64,000 nucleotides of DNA from Eledone cirrhosa. Lineage: Eukaryota. The position numbers were made by a program, and so were the translations under genes. Under the pieces are notes generated by a model. That model saw only the letters and a list, made by a program, of their open reading frames with translations, ran no database searches and was not told the DNA's origin. Below, in pieces: positions 14,671-28,679 of the stretch. The DNA lies in the NCBI GenBank assembly GCA_964016885.1, contig OZ024743.1:40176001-40240000 (forward strand), written 5' to 3'. Within the stretch, counting starts at the first letter, position 1, and every line of letters starts with the position of its first letter.

Positions 14671-15329
14671 TAATGTATTGAAAGCTTTGAAAGCCACGAC
14701 AATGCAGGTTTAGACGGAGAATAAATCTTAAGAAACAGGGCTGGTTTGTTTACATTAATTTATCCATATGTCCTGGTATTTCGAGATTAATATTTCTTCT
14801 TCCGAGGAAAATAAAGGAACAGCCCCAGTATCCGATGTGGCTTGCTATACCATGCTGGACGGAAAACCTCTTTTGTGTTAAAATTATTGTCTGGACAGGT
14901 CAAGGGCACATAGTTATGTCCCTTTAAATCCACTTAGATGCATATATATTAATACGTGCTGACACACATGTGCATCATGCATACATGTGTGTAAGCACGC
15001 ACGCAAATATGTAAAGAAGCTCGTACATGATTTCTCTCAGATGGATAATGTGGTCATAAGCGGGACTATGCGTATCCTTACATATAGAATCCAATAGCCT
15101 TCTACGTTCGGTGATGTGTGCCTATGTTAGTTATTGCTTGCTTAGTTCTACTCTATTATTGTTTTGTAGGTGTTTTCTATCGATGATTAATTCTTCCTCA
15201 ATTCTTAGATTACCGAGGATTCTTTCTTCTCTTTCAACCTTAACAGTTATTTCTTTGGTGGTGTTTCGTTCCCGAGTCCAGGGTCTTTATCGCTGCAATC
15301 TATACTGGCATTTTCTGGATGGTCAAAGT

Positions 15330-16870
15330 GAATGGCCATATAACAGAACCGTTCCAGATCGAACTCTCGATCCGTCAAATATGCCCTTCTCCTTCCCTTC
15401 TCTACATAATGACTCTCGAGCCATTACTGCAAGGGTTGCATCAGCGTATGTAAACGACGTCACCGTGATCTGTCGAACACCTCCGGAATCGAGAAGGTCG
15501 GCAACATCTTAGAGGAATATGAAAGGTTGACGGGAGCAAATATCAACACGGAAAATTCAGTGGATTTTTCAGCTCGGCATCTTTAGTAGTTAGTGGTATG
15601 GTGGGAAAATAACAGAGAATTAACAAGTAGGGTGGCCAGTCTCACACAGAAATGGAACGCATAGATCGGGTCTATCATCTATAACCATCTGACCATCGTG
15701 CCTTGCCTCCATTGACGCCTCGACAAATTAGCGCACCTACTCTTCAACATATTGTGGAAGATACAGGTTCCATTGGTGAGGCTGCCCATCTACAGCCAGC
15801 AGCCTATACATAGAGAACTGAGCATGTCCTGGCTGATGAGGCGCAAACATGCGCTGAGTCTACGGCATCTCAATATATCCCTAAACAGTGAACAGCTGTG
15901 GGGCAAGACATTCTGCAGCTCGTCTACTTGACTGAAATGCTCTCGTGGGTCAAGCGAAGAACGAGACAGAACTATAGGCATCGGAATATTGCCAGGAGCA
16001 CATTGCCCTCTTTCAGTCGGTCAATGCGGTCATTGTGAATTCGAATCTAGAGTTCTATAGAGGACCTGTCTTGGGCAGTGCGATGACATACTCGGGTATG
16101 CTCTGGTCGTCGATGAAATCGAATTAACTAGTCTGTTGCGGAGTATTTAAGGGTGGGGGAGGTCTCTGGATATCTAGAAATCCTTGGCTTGGCAATGCCT
16201 CACGTTGACACTATCAGTGCGTGCTAAATTCTGCAAGGATAGGAGTGGTCAGATGGGTCTGCCCGAGATTTGTGCTAAGCGACGAAACATTTCTGAAAGC
16301 ACTCATCCAGTGTCCGTGCATTACTGACTTGGAAAGTGTTGTCGAACCACAATTATCACGTGTAGGATGGTTCAGGCTCTTTACCGAGTTCATCGTGAAG
16401 ATCGGCTCGTCGCCTTTTTTGGCAGGAATGGGAAGGTATTAGTCCTCTACTTGGGGGATGTATTGAAAGAGGTTGTGTGGTGGACTCAATGTTTTTAAGT
16501 TCCACTTGCCAAGGAAGGTGAGCGTGGATAGAGGAAAGTACTTCCCTGCAGTATATTTCTTAAATGGTGGTTGAAATTTGTGAGGATAGACCTTGTAAAT
16601 GGGCCTGCTCTGGCTATGCCCATGTAGACTGGCTAGTTTAGAGACAACAAGGGTGCCCTCTTAGGGTGCTTTTGGAGATTAGAGTTGTTTAGTATTGGTG
16701 AGGTTCCTGAGTCACCCTAGATGATATTTCCCCTACTGGGAAATTTTTTTGACGTAATTTTATTGTTACTCGCTGTTTATTTTGTATATCTTTTTTACTC
16801 GATTCATGGAAACCACTACTCTCACTGTTTTTGTATTCTCCCCTATATATCGGCCCTAGTGGCCAATAAA
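15330..16870 (+). mobile_element. Decayed L1/Tx1-type LINE 3' portion
   Basis: SAYVNDVTVI (YADD-like) and YERLTGANINTENSV, Cys-rich C-terminal remnants, and AATAAA at ~16865. Confidence 0.65.
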
Positions 16871-17106
16871 TTAATAATGTTTGTTATCTTCATCACCCGT
16901 ATTGCTCTATTAAGATTATTTGTATAATTCTTTTCATTTTCCTAGGTATACCAGCATAGACTTTATCTTTGAAGTCGTTAACACTCTAATCTACAAACCT
17001 GGCAACATAGAACACTAAATTCTATAAACATGAATGGGTAAGGGAAACATATAATATAAACAGAGAATCATTCTGCCTGAAACTTTTTTCTTCCCTGACT
17101 TATTAG

Positions 17107-17109
<3 letters not shown>

Positions 17110-17177
<68 letters not shown>

Positions 17178-17227
17178 GTATATATATAAATATATACATA
17201 TATATATATATATATATGTGTATATCT

Positions 17228-17319
<92 letters not shown>

Positions 17320-17326
17320 TATATAA

Positions 17327-17416
<90 letters not shown>

Positions 17417-17440
17417 GTATATATATTTATATATATATAT
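17110..17440. repeat. (TA)n microsatellite, representative of the many (TA)n/(CA)n/(CATA)n tracts in the window
   Basis: Direct reading of the sequence. Confidence 0.98.
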
Positions 17441-17719
17441 ATTATCGCGATTATTAAAGATTGAAAATGCTGGAGTGCTTTGGAATGAAACAAGGAAAGG
17501 AAAACACATAAAAAAACTAAGAATGAAAAAGATAATAAATAATATATGAAATAAGACGGATAAAACAAAACGTAACATCCAATAACAGAGATTAGAACGA
17601 AGAAAAATACAAAACAATATCAAAAACTGTTACAATAACTAATAATAACAATATCAATAAGAACAACAATAATAATAATATTAATTTTTGTTGCTTTTTA
17701 TTTCTACTCTCTCTACGAC

Positions 17720-17874
17720 CACTACTGCTTTTGTTGCTGCTGCTGTTTCTCTTACTACTACTACTACTACTACTACAACTACTACTACAAATACTGCTGC
17801 TGCTACTACTGCTGTTGCTACTGCTGCTGCTACTCCTGCTACTAATATTTCCACTGCTCCTACAGCTGCTGCTG

Positions 17875-17938
<64 letters not shown>
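17720..17938. repeat. (CTA)n/(CTG)n trinucleotide repeat
   Basis: Direct reading of the sequence. Confidence 0.95.
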
Positions 17939-18928
17939 ATTCGGAAACGTATAAATAGAGATTTAATCTGAAACATTTCGGAATGGAAAAAAAAATAAGA
18001 AAAAGAAGCATTAAAAAATCAATCAAAGAAAAACCGAACGTACTGGTAAAAGAATATATCAATTAAATAGAAGAAATTAATTTAATAAAAAACAGTTATG
18101 AACTGAAACATTGGAATAAAGTAATTAATTGAATAACGGTGTTAATTGGATAGGAAATGACGAAATATGATTAAGCTGATAAAATAATGGCAATAAGTGA
18201 ATTAATGGTATGAAACGGGGGGAATGAAAGAAAAAATGAAGTAATATAAATACTACAAGTGAAGTCAGACATTTGATTTCTCTTTACTGAAAAATCTAAG
18301 TTGATTTATGAGATTTTACATAAATATGAATTTATATGGGATTGCATTTAAACATCCTTCTACTTATGTATTTCATCTTGTAGGAAGTTGTAGGAAGTTC
18401 TAATTACCTGTTATATCAACATATTTATCTATATATGCCTCCATTCATTTTTGCATAATCGAAAAACTTTGCGTATATGCAGGAGTAGACGGGATCATTT
18501 CCCGAACACAAACACAACTACATTCATAACTACATCGGTTAAGTCTTGATGTTATCTTGTGAGTCTATAAAAGGGAGGACTTTATGTATTTGTGGGATCA
18601 ATCCTTAGTCTGGTGATGCCTTCTGTAATCTAGAGCTCTAATGCAGGGTGGTGCCTGCGTGATTCGGATTCATTCTTGATCTAGTCACTGTTATATGTCA
18701 TTAATATTTGAGCAGGGTGAACTAGGAATGGGAAATTGGTGCCTTGGTCTTGCCATACTAGTTTATGCCATCGTTATTTACAGGTCACATGAGAGTTTCA
18801 GTAGGTGTTTAAATCTTTTTTAGATAAACTGTCCACTTCAGAATCTGGGCACTAAAAACAGATGATTTGGAAAATTTGAATTTGGTCATCTATACTTGAC
18901 TACATTGTAGTCTTCATTATTTTCTTAG

Positions 18929-19217
18929 CCGAGGTTAACTTTGCCTTTCATCCTGACGGGGTCATTAAAATAAAGTACCAGTAATGCACTTGGGTAATCG
19001 TTGGCCTTGTGCCAAAAGTAGAAACTCCGGTGCGGTGGATTGGCAGTATCGGTAGAGAATCGGGTGCCATGCTTTGCAGAATAGAGTTACGCCCCTTTAC
19101 CGACTGAGTTCAAATCCCGCCGAGGTTAACTTTGCCTTTTATCCATACGGAGTCGATAAAATTAAGTACCAGTATTGCACTGGTTTATTGCTGGGCTTCT
19201 GCCAAATGTAGAAACAA
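18929..19217 (+). mobile_element. Tandem SINE pair (3' half plus full copy), same family as 2096-2281
   Basis: Near-identical core and tail sequence to 2096-2281. Confidence 0.9.
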
Positions 19218-20436
19218 TAATTTTATTAGCCGATAAAATAGTAATTATACGTTTGGGTGAATACATTTTGGTTTGAGTATACTGGGACATGTCGACGACA
19301 ACCAGTGAGCACAAAACAAAGAAGCACACATTTGGGAGATTGAGTGCTTTGCTCATGAGCGATATCGGTATGGTTAGTGACAAAATGGTCTCGAGTTTTA
19401 AATATGGCAGATATAAATATGGCAGATCATACGATGCTATTGTATGGTGTTGTTTTCTTGTTATGGTGTTGGTGTTATTGCTGTTATTGTCGGTCTTGCT
19501 GTTGCTTCTGTTGTTATTGTTTATGTTAGTTCAGGGTTAGAAGAGCTTAACTCGTTCTTTTGGGACAAAGGCAGGATTACACTAAACAATGCATCCTTTC
19601 ACTTTCAAGCTTGTAGAGTAGAGTTAAACAAATAGGTGAGGGGATTTTAGCAGCTACTTTGCTTATTGCTGTGTGGCATTTGAACGTAACCTCCTCTCTA
19701 ACATTGCTAGTGTGCGACTTAACAGCAACATAAACAGCAGTAATATAATTGATCATTTAACCCTCTCTGCGTAATTTATAGAGATTAAGTCACAATAATT
19801 GATTAATTCATATAACTTTAGTTCGAGGTTTACATCTGTCTTGCTGAAGTTTACTTCATACACCAGTGTAAATATAAAAAAAAAATGATAAGCTCTCTTC
19901 GTTTGCTTTAGACATACATTTATTTATAAAACCTTAGATGGAATGCTGTAGAAACAATTATATAGCTTGCATTAACTTCACAGGTTTTATAGATCCATGG
20001 TCTAATAATCCACATTTTATATGGATACCTTCACACAGAGTTTCGAAGACATAAACGATTTTTTAAGAGTTACAAAATATATTAAGGACGAAATAACGTT
20101 AACAATTTAAAATAAAATTGCTCAATTTACGATCATAAAAATTACTTTCATCGCGTAGTTGTTATTGCTGAAAGAATATTTCATACGTCAGCATCAACAA
20201 AGTTATATGTATATATGGTGATTATAATGTTTATGTCGATATTTGAATCCCGGTAACATATTGCAAATATGATATATTGTGCCAACCGTCATCGTTGCAG
20301 CGTATATGTTATGTATAGCCGATATATTTCTAAATGAGAAGCATCATTCAATTATACATAAAAAATGTAGTATATATATATATATATATAAATATATTTA
20401 TATATATATATATATCGATATATTGATAGTTAGATG

Positions 20437-20505
<69 letters not shown>

Positions 20506-20747
20506 CTGTGTGTAAGCATGTTATAGATGTGATATACGTACATATATCCACATAAAACACATAAACCACATACATATTCACATGTCAACGTACGATTATA
20601 CAATAATAATTATATAATAATATGAAATTATACGATACGTCATCGGCATATGCAATGATTTGCATGCTTGCAGCTGTTTTATGTGTTATCCACGTCTTCT
20701 GGTCCCAACAGGCTGTATTTTGAATGTTGTTGCATTAAATAGCTAGT

Positions 20748-20919
<172 letters not shown>

Positions 20920-21352
20920 CAACTGATTTCCGTACATATCTGGAGTTTATACCCCTATCATGCATACCGGAATATTTACATGAAATATTAATTGTCTTCA
21001 AATTCCTTTCATTCCCCCACGTCATTTACTTGCTCTCTCTCTCCCTCTTTATCTCTCCATCACTCCATCTCTATTTCTCTCTTATACTCGCGCTCTCGGT
21101 GTCTCTCTCTCACTCTCTCTCTCTCTCAAATATTTTTCAATGACACACAATATCCAACATGTATACATAAATGTACGCACGCATTCAAAATATCCCTCTC
21201 TTACACTCCAACAAACATGCGTGTATATATATATATATACATAAGCAGTTAAACTATATATCTAACATTAAGATTTAAAAATCTCGCCCCCACCTACAAA
21301 CACACATGTACACATGTACACATACACACACCACACACATATGTATATATAT

Positions 21353-21449
<97 letters not shown>

Positions 21450-21640
21450 TGATAGTATTTCTTGTATATTTATGTTTCAAATTGTGGTATATATTTGTGT
21501 TTCAAATGAGGCTGCAGGAAGTAGCATATTAAACAGACTGAGTGTCTATGCAAATGTATAAAAAGATACATATATATGAATGAAGAATGGCGTGATGCGT
21601 TGTTGCGAACATGAATATATGAATAAAATTAGCAAATCTT

Positions 21641-22198
21641 AAAATGTCCTCTTCAGTAGTCTGTTGATTATCGTTGGTATTTCGATGCATTAAAGACTAG
21701 ATACCTAAAATCAGTGCGAGCGATAACTCAATTAAGCTATCGGGCAGTTATCGCTGTGGTACGTATTTTTTGTGTCACTTTACTAATATCACACTTTCTC
21801 TCTCCTTTACATCTTGCCTTCCTCAACTCCCGCTGCTGGTCACTCACTCTCGGCTGGCCCTTCCTCCCACTTTCACTCACTCACTCTCTGCTTCTCCCTC
21901 TCTCTCACTTCCTCTCGTCTAACCTACTTGAATTTCTTTCCTCTCTCAATATTCTCGCAGCTCGGAAGTGTCTATTTCTCCTCGTCAATTTGATATGTCG
22001 GGCTTAAGCCCACATGATTCACTGACTTGTCTCTATTTTCCTCTCTTTTCGTTGCATACCCCCATGTGTTTGTTTCCTTCCCTCTCTTTTCCCACTGTCC
22101 CGATAACTTAATTGAGTTCTCACTGATTTTAGGTATCTAGTCTTTAATGTGTCGAAATACCAACGATAATCAGCAGACTACTGAAGAAGACATTTTAA
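21641..22198. repeat. ~100-bp inverted repeat (21641-21745 vs 22100-22198) around a pyrimidine-rich spacer, between (TA)n tracts
   Basis: The two arms are reverse complements; likely an inverted PLE terminal-repeat remnant. Confidence 0.75.
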
Positions 22199-22231
22199 CC
22201 CTTCTCTATTTTTATTCATATATACATATAT

Positions 22232-22267
<36 letters not shown>

Positions 22268-22268
<1 letters not shown>

Positions 22269-24632
22269 ATCAACAACAAAGAACGCCTATAGCATATGTA
22301 TATCTTTACTTGCTAACATTGTTTCATCCGCACTATAAGTGGGACTCATCAGAGCATAAAGGTTGATTACATATTACACAAGCAATAACAGATCCAAGAC
22401 ATTGAAGAAATAAAAAATAAAAAATAATAAAAGATAAGAAATATTGAGGAAGTAAAAATAAAAATAAACATTGAAAAATAAACATTGGAAAATAGTTGAA
22501 AAATAGGGGGTGCTATCGGTCACAGTTGGGCGGTGTGCTGTCAACATACAGTTACATACAAGCATACGCATGGATAAGAGATAGAGAACAGATAAGGAAT
22601 AGACAAGAATAGATAAGACAGATAGGAGTAGGTAAGAATAGATAAAAAATAGGTGAAAAATAGGTAAAAAATAGACATATAATATATATAAGAAATATAA
22701 AAAACATACATATAAAATATACAGATAATAAAGGATAAGGAATAAAATAAAATAAAATAAAATTAAAATTAAAATTATATAAAATAAAATAATATAATAT
22801 AATATAATAATAGAATAAAATAAAATAAAATAATATAAAATAAAATAAAATAAAATAAACTAAAATAAAATAATATAAAATATAATTAAGATAAAATAAA
22901 GTAAATTGAGATAAGATATATATTTTTAGAATATATTTCTTGAATATATCAGGGGCACACGAAGGCCTTAAGTGTTACAGTTATCAGTATCACTTGACCA
23001 TTGCAATGCAATGGAGACGTCCCAGGTTGGGCAGTCTCAAAAGTTGACACTCAAAGTCACGGGTGTGCATTCACACGGTTGAGCGGTGGGGTAATCACAA
23101 ACGGTTCACACTCGGGCAGGAGTCCATTGTTCAACAGAGGTATATCCAAGGAAGGTAGGAGAGTTCGCATGCAGCAGCAGGAGCATCCATGGGCAGATAA
23201 ATGAGTGTCACAACGTCACAATGTAGCAAGCAAAATCGTTTACCTCAACATAAACATCAAGAGGCAGACAAGTGGGCCGAAAGCAAGCAGGTGCAGGCGG
23301 GCTAGCCGAAAGCAAGCAAATACAGTTGGGTTAGGCGGGTTAATATGCATACTCAACAGCGCATACAAAAGATATATAAAAAATAGCTTCAAGAGCCAAT
23401 ATCATGAAATCACCGCATTGGGATATCTCAAGATTATACACACCAATATGTTCTGCACGTATATGCATATATACACACCACATGCATATGCAGAGACGGT
23501 ATACATATATATATATTTATATACAGACATATACAACCACCTACACCCATACACATATAAATGTATACACAGGCACACACGCACACACATACAGCGTAGG
23601 ACACCCGGGTCAAAGCGGATATAATACACAGAAATATCACATTAGGCAAAACCCACCACCACGGATAATACATTCAAAATAAATTCATACGTGGAGATGC
23701 AGCAAAATGAATCAAATTGAATTCTTACGGAGATAATCATGTCCGCACGTGCCATTGCCCGATTCAAGTGTAAACAGACCGTTAGTAACTACGGAGGGCT
23801 ATCGGGGCCAAAACGTTACTTTTGGGATAATAACAACGACCGTCAATATATGGAAGGCCGATCGTGCTAGAAAGACTACAACACCGGGCAAGAGCTCCCA
23901 GAAGTCAGCCTGTAGATCTTAAACCACAGAATAGGAGGGTAACACGTACATGTGCCACGTATCTACTGCCTACGGCGAGATGGCACAGGTCCGCCCACAG
24001 TTACAGGCTAGATTTCCATTTGTGCAGCCTATATCACAGTACACGCTCTACATAGATATATTACATCATAACTCATGCGCATACAGAGGTACAGATCCGC
24101 AAAATACACGTTGGGATAGACCCACCAATGCACCAATGGTGGCTAGGCGAGCGTGGATGGGTTACATCCACTGTGCCAAACAGGGGTGCTTATTAACATA
24201 CACACCCACTCACCTGTATATCCAGATCAATATCCAGATCAATATTCTCCCGCAGGCATACGTATACACTCACAGACTCATATACATAGATGACAAACAA
24301 TAGGAAACAGTTACACACAATAAGAGACAGTTACACAAGATAGCCCAACTGGAGAATTAAGAAAGTGCTAGCTAATAGGTTTAAAGTAGAAGAAAGAGCT
24401 TAATATTCGGTTGTGGCAAGAGGAAAATATTTATGACTTTCTGTTTAGTAGAGGGCATTTAGCAAATATAATAGAGTGGGATTCAGCAAGGCATAGGTTA
24501 CATACTCTATTATGAGGAGTATATGGATGGGATTTAGCAACCTGCCGCCAAGTGAGTGTGTAATGTGTTCGTGCATTTTTTAAATTGTGGACGTACGCTG
24601 CCAAGGAGGTGGAGTTCCTCAGTTTATTGTAT
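22268..24632 (-). mobile_element. 3' fragment of a third Naiad-type PLE (copy C): GIY-YIG C-terminus, ~2-kb 3' UTR and HHR
   Basis: 24380-24630 on the minus strand reads [69 protein letters not shown], homologous to the C-termini of copies A and B. Flanked by (TA)n. Confidence 0.8.
22304..22361 (-). ncRNA. Type I hammerhead ribozyme (GUU cleavage triplet)
   Basis: Reverse complement: CTTTA TGCT-CTGATGA-GTCC CAC ttata GTG c GGAT-GAAA-C aat G-TT-AGCA ag TAAAG. Confidence 0.8.
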
Positions 24633-24646
24633 ACTATATATATATA

Positions 24647-24753
<107 letters not shown>

Positions 24754-24955
24754 ATATGTATATTACAGTGGTTGTTTGCGTGCATGTGTGTGTGTGTGTG
24801 TTAGTGCATATGTATTGCTTTTAGTGACTGTTTCAAATTAACTATTTACTATCCATTAAAGGAGCATACCAGAATATGAGCTCTTGGAGTTAGAGTTAGA
24901 GAAAATTATTGTATATTTTCTCCTCCAGAATACACAAACCCCAGTCACTGATACA

Positions 24956-25013
<58 letters not shown>

Positions 25014-25173
25014 GTATTCCGGGTTGAATCGGAGGTAACCACAGTAACTAAGGTATTCAATACGTAACAGAGTATAAAGGTTTTAATATAGAATAGCTTC
25101 TACAGGACAAGAAATGTTTCATTCGCGAGAAATCATCACGAATGAAACTGTTCTAGTCTTGTAGAAGCTCTTA

Positions 25174-25204
<31 letters not shown>

Positions 25205-25462
25205 TTTAAATAGATTACTAATAGAATGAATATACGGAGAACTACCCCCCTGAAACGATCGTAAAATAATGAGTTTTAATATGAATTACCTGTATTTTGT
25301 TTAATTTCATTGTTTTCACTATTTGTATTATTTTGACTCTGCTTCCAATCAATTATATCGTTGAAATTTAGTATTTTAAACTTTGTTTCACAGCATATTC
25401 TACATACGGATTACATTGAGTTCTTCATACGGCTTGGACCCTACTATTAATTGGCGGATTAA

Positions 25463-25500
<38 letters not shown>

Positions 25501-26373
25501 TGTATATATGTATTTATATATATATATATATATCATAAAACATGTCAATAGAATCACAAGATAAAATATATGCCATTTCCTCTCCCAATTACCATAATTA
25601 ACTATATAAAAAATCGAATAGACCAGGCTATAAGAATGAGGCTTCTATGAAGAAATCTTCAACAAATAACCGAAACTAGCCCTTCGCGTCGGCCGCAACG
25701 CAATATTTATCGAATATTTCGACAGCGTAATCGCCCAGATACAGTCAACTAAACATAATTAGGTGCAAAATAAACTAGGAGAAAATAGAATACATTTAAA
25801 GACCTCTACATGGTTTCATTCGCATTTTGAGCTTTGCAATAATTATGTAATCATTATATAAACTCGAGCACCGGATTCATCCGGAATCTAGACACTAAAT
25901 TTTCCAAAGTAATCGCGCCAAGAATTCATTCAAAATGGCTAAGAATTGTGACGTAGTCGCGGTCAGGCTGGAATGAATGTGGTAGTTGCTTACGACTGGT
26001 GGCATTTTTACTAGAAGGCACAGCACAATACAGCCAAATTTGTATATCAACCTAATGGGAGATTATTACATATAAAAGTTTACATATATATATACATATA
26101 TATATACATATACTTTTTTTGCAACGGGTCACTTTGTGGCACAATGAAAAATTAATAAATTAAATAATCAGAGCTATATATCATAAAACATGTCTATAGA
26201 ATCACAAGATAACATATATACCATTTCCTCTCCCAATTAGCATAATTGATGCGACCAGTCGTAAGCAACTCCCACACACCTTCCAACCTGACCGAAACTA
26301 CGTCACGATATTAGCCATTTTGAATGAATTCTTGGCGCGATCACATTGGAAAATTTAGTGTCTAGATAAGAGC

Positions 26374-26460
26374 AAATCTGATGAATCCGGTGCTCGAGTT
26401 TATATAATTATTACATAATTATTTGTAAGCTCAAAATGCGGATGAAACCATGGTAGAGGT
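26374..26460 (+). ncRNA. Hammerhead with long stem II; stem I damaged
   Basis: CTGATGA-ATCCG...(GAGTTT/AAGCTC extension)...CGGAT-GAAA-CCATGG-TA. Confidence 0.6.
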
Positions 26461-27027
26461 ATTTTAATGTATTCTATTTTCTCCTAGTTTATTTTACACC
26501 TAATTCTGTTTAGTTGACTGTATCTGGGCAATTGCGCTGTCGAAATATTCGATAAATATTCCGTTGCGGCCGACGCGAAGGGCTAGTTTCGGTTATTTGT
26601 TGAAGATTTCAAAGAAGCCTCATTCTTATAGCCTGGTCTATTCGATTGTTTATATAGTTAATTATGCTAATTGGGAGAGGAAATGGTATATATTTTATCT
26701 TGTGATTCTATAGACATGTTTTATGATATATAGCTCTGATTATTTAATTTATTAATTTTTCATTGAGTCACAAAGTGACCCTTTGTAAAACACGTATATG
26801 TATATATATGTATATATATATGTAAACTTTTATATGTAATAATCTCCCATTAGGTTGAGATACAAATTTGGCTGTATTGTGCTGTGCTTTCTAGCAAAAA
26901 TGCCACCAGTCGTAAGCAACTACCACACCCCTTCCAACCTGACCGCGACTACGTCACGATTCTTAGCCATTTTGAATGTATTCTTGGCGCGATCACATTG
27001 GAAAATTTAGTGTCTAGATAAGAGCAA

Positions 27028-27115
27028 ATCTGCTGATGAATCCGGTGCTCGAGTTTATATAATTATTACATAATTATTGGAAAGCTCAAAATGCGGATGA
27101 AACCATGGTAGAGGT
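27028..27115 (+). ncRNA. Hammerhead with long stem II (second copy)
   Basis: ATCTg-CTGATGA-ATCCG...CGGAT-GAAA-CCATGG-TA-gAGGT; the first stem I pair is a G.G mismatch. Confidence 0.65.
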
Positions 27116-27484
27116 ATTTAAATGTATTCTATTTTCTCCTAGTTTATTTTATACCTAATTCTGTTTAGTTGACTGTATCTGGGCGATTACGCTATCGAAA
27201 TATTCGATAAATATTCTGTTGCGGCCGACGCGAAGGGCTAGTTTCGGTCATTTGTTGAAGATTTCTTCATAGAAGCCTCATTCTTATAGCCTGGTCTATT
27301 CGATTTTTTATATAGTTAATTATGGTAATTGGGAGAGGAAATGGTATATATTTTATCTTGTGATTCTATAGACATGTTTTATGATATATAGCTCTGATTA
27401 TTTAAATTATTAATTTTTCATTGAGCCACAAAGTGACCCGTTGCAAAACACGTATATCTATATATATTTATATATATATGTAAA

Positions 27485-27552
<68 letters not shown>

Positions 27553-27595
27553 CAATATATTAATAAATGGAAACTATATTTATAACACCATAATT

Positions 27596-27659
27596 ATTTT
27601 ATTATATATATTTCAAGGGCGACCAAGGTAAATTATGGTGCGCTTTCATCAGATAAAAT
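27596..27659 (-). ncRNA. Type I hammerhead in a solo terminal-repeat fragment related to Naiad B
   Basis: Reverse complement: ATTTTAT-CTGATGA-AAGCGCACCA taatttacct TGGTCGCCCTT-GAAA-TATATA-TA-ATAAAAT. The flank TTAATAAATGGAAACTATATTTATAA is shared with ~43196. Confidence 0.85.
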
Positions 27660-27868
27660 GCACATTTGTTTTATAAATAAATATTGACATACCCGGAAAA
27701 AAGACAACATCAACGGTTGAAAATCGCTGGATAGTGGAGATAATTGAGGGTAATACAAAGTTCTGAGTGAGTATGCAAATGATTGTTAGAAAAATTGAAA
27801 AAAAACAACGGTTATTTAAATTAATCTGATGGCAGATTATAAATATATATATATATATACAAGCAGAA

Positions 27869-27957
<89 letters not shown>

Positions 27958-28079
27958 GACAAACATAGAATATTCGAAAATATTCTGTATGTTTATAATA
28001 AACATTTTGAAGACCCAATCGCTATAGAATAGAATACGTCACGTATTACAATTTGAGATTCTCGACAGAAGTAAGGGAA

Positions 28080-28122
28080 GTAACCTACGCGTTTCATTCT
28101 TGTTAGAAATCATCAGGATTAC
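28080..28122 (-). ncRNA. Minimal type I hammerhead
   Basis: Reverse complement: GTAATC-CTGATGA-t TTCT aaca AGAA t-GAAA-CGCG-TA-GGTTAC. Confidence 0.85.
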
Positions 28123-28411
28123 ATATCCAATACGTTTATCGAGAACGACACAGCTAGAGACTTATAGAATACTTAGCTGTGTACAGGAACTGGTTTGAAA
28201 GAGCGGTAGCCGGTCCGGCAGAAATTAGAATTTGGATTTAATGCTCTGAAATAGCGATATATATGTGAAGACAAACAGAATATTCGAAAATATTCTGTAT
28301 GTTTATAATAACCATTTTGAAGACCCAATGCTCTTTCAAACCAGTTCCTGTACACAGCTAAGTATTCTATAAGTCTCTAGCTGTGTCGTTCTCGATAAAA
28401 GTATTGGATAT

Positions 28412-28454
28412 GTAATCCTGATGATTTCTAACAAGATTGAAACGCGTAGGTTAC
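28412..28454 (+). ncRNA. Minimal type I hammerhead (inverted partner copy)
   Basis: GTAATC-CTGATGA-tTTCT aaca AGATt-GAAA-CGCG-TA-GGTTAC. Confidence 0.8.
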
Positions 28455-28606
28455 TTCCCTTACTTCTGTCGAGAATCTCAAATTGTAATACGTCACGTAT
28501 TCTATTCTATAGCGATTGGGTCTTCAAAATGTTTATTATAAACATACAGAATATTTTCGAATATTCTATGTTTGTCTTCACATATATATCGCTATTTCAG
28601 AGCATT

Positions 28607-28678
<72 letters not shown>

Positions 28679-28679
<1 letters not shown>

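Larger units (their letters stand above)
25530..27490. repeat. ~655-bp HHR-containing non-coding repeat family: one minus-strand monomer, then about two tandem plus-strand monomers
   Basis: HHR cores at 26378 and 27033 give a period of 655. 25530-26250 is the reverse complement. A divergent relative lies at ~41440-41990. Confidence 0.85.
27955..28615. repeat. ~310-bp HHR-containing monomer arranged as an inverted pair between (TA)n tracts
   Basis: Direct repeat 27955-28019 / 28267-28329 gives a period of ~312. 28330-28615 is the reverse complement of the left arm. Confidence 0.88.

Noticed and set aside
22145-22200. Possible type II hammerhead (GTC-GAAA...CTGAAGA-AGACAT)
   Set aside because: No convincing stem I or stem III.
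25200-25275. GAAACGATCGTA (stem III plus GUA, as at 35499)
   Set aside because: No recognisable upstream core; at most a decayed HHR.
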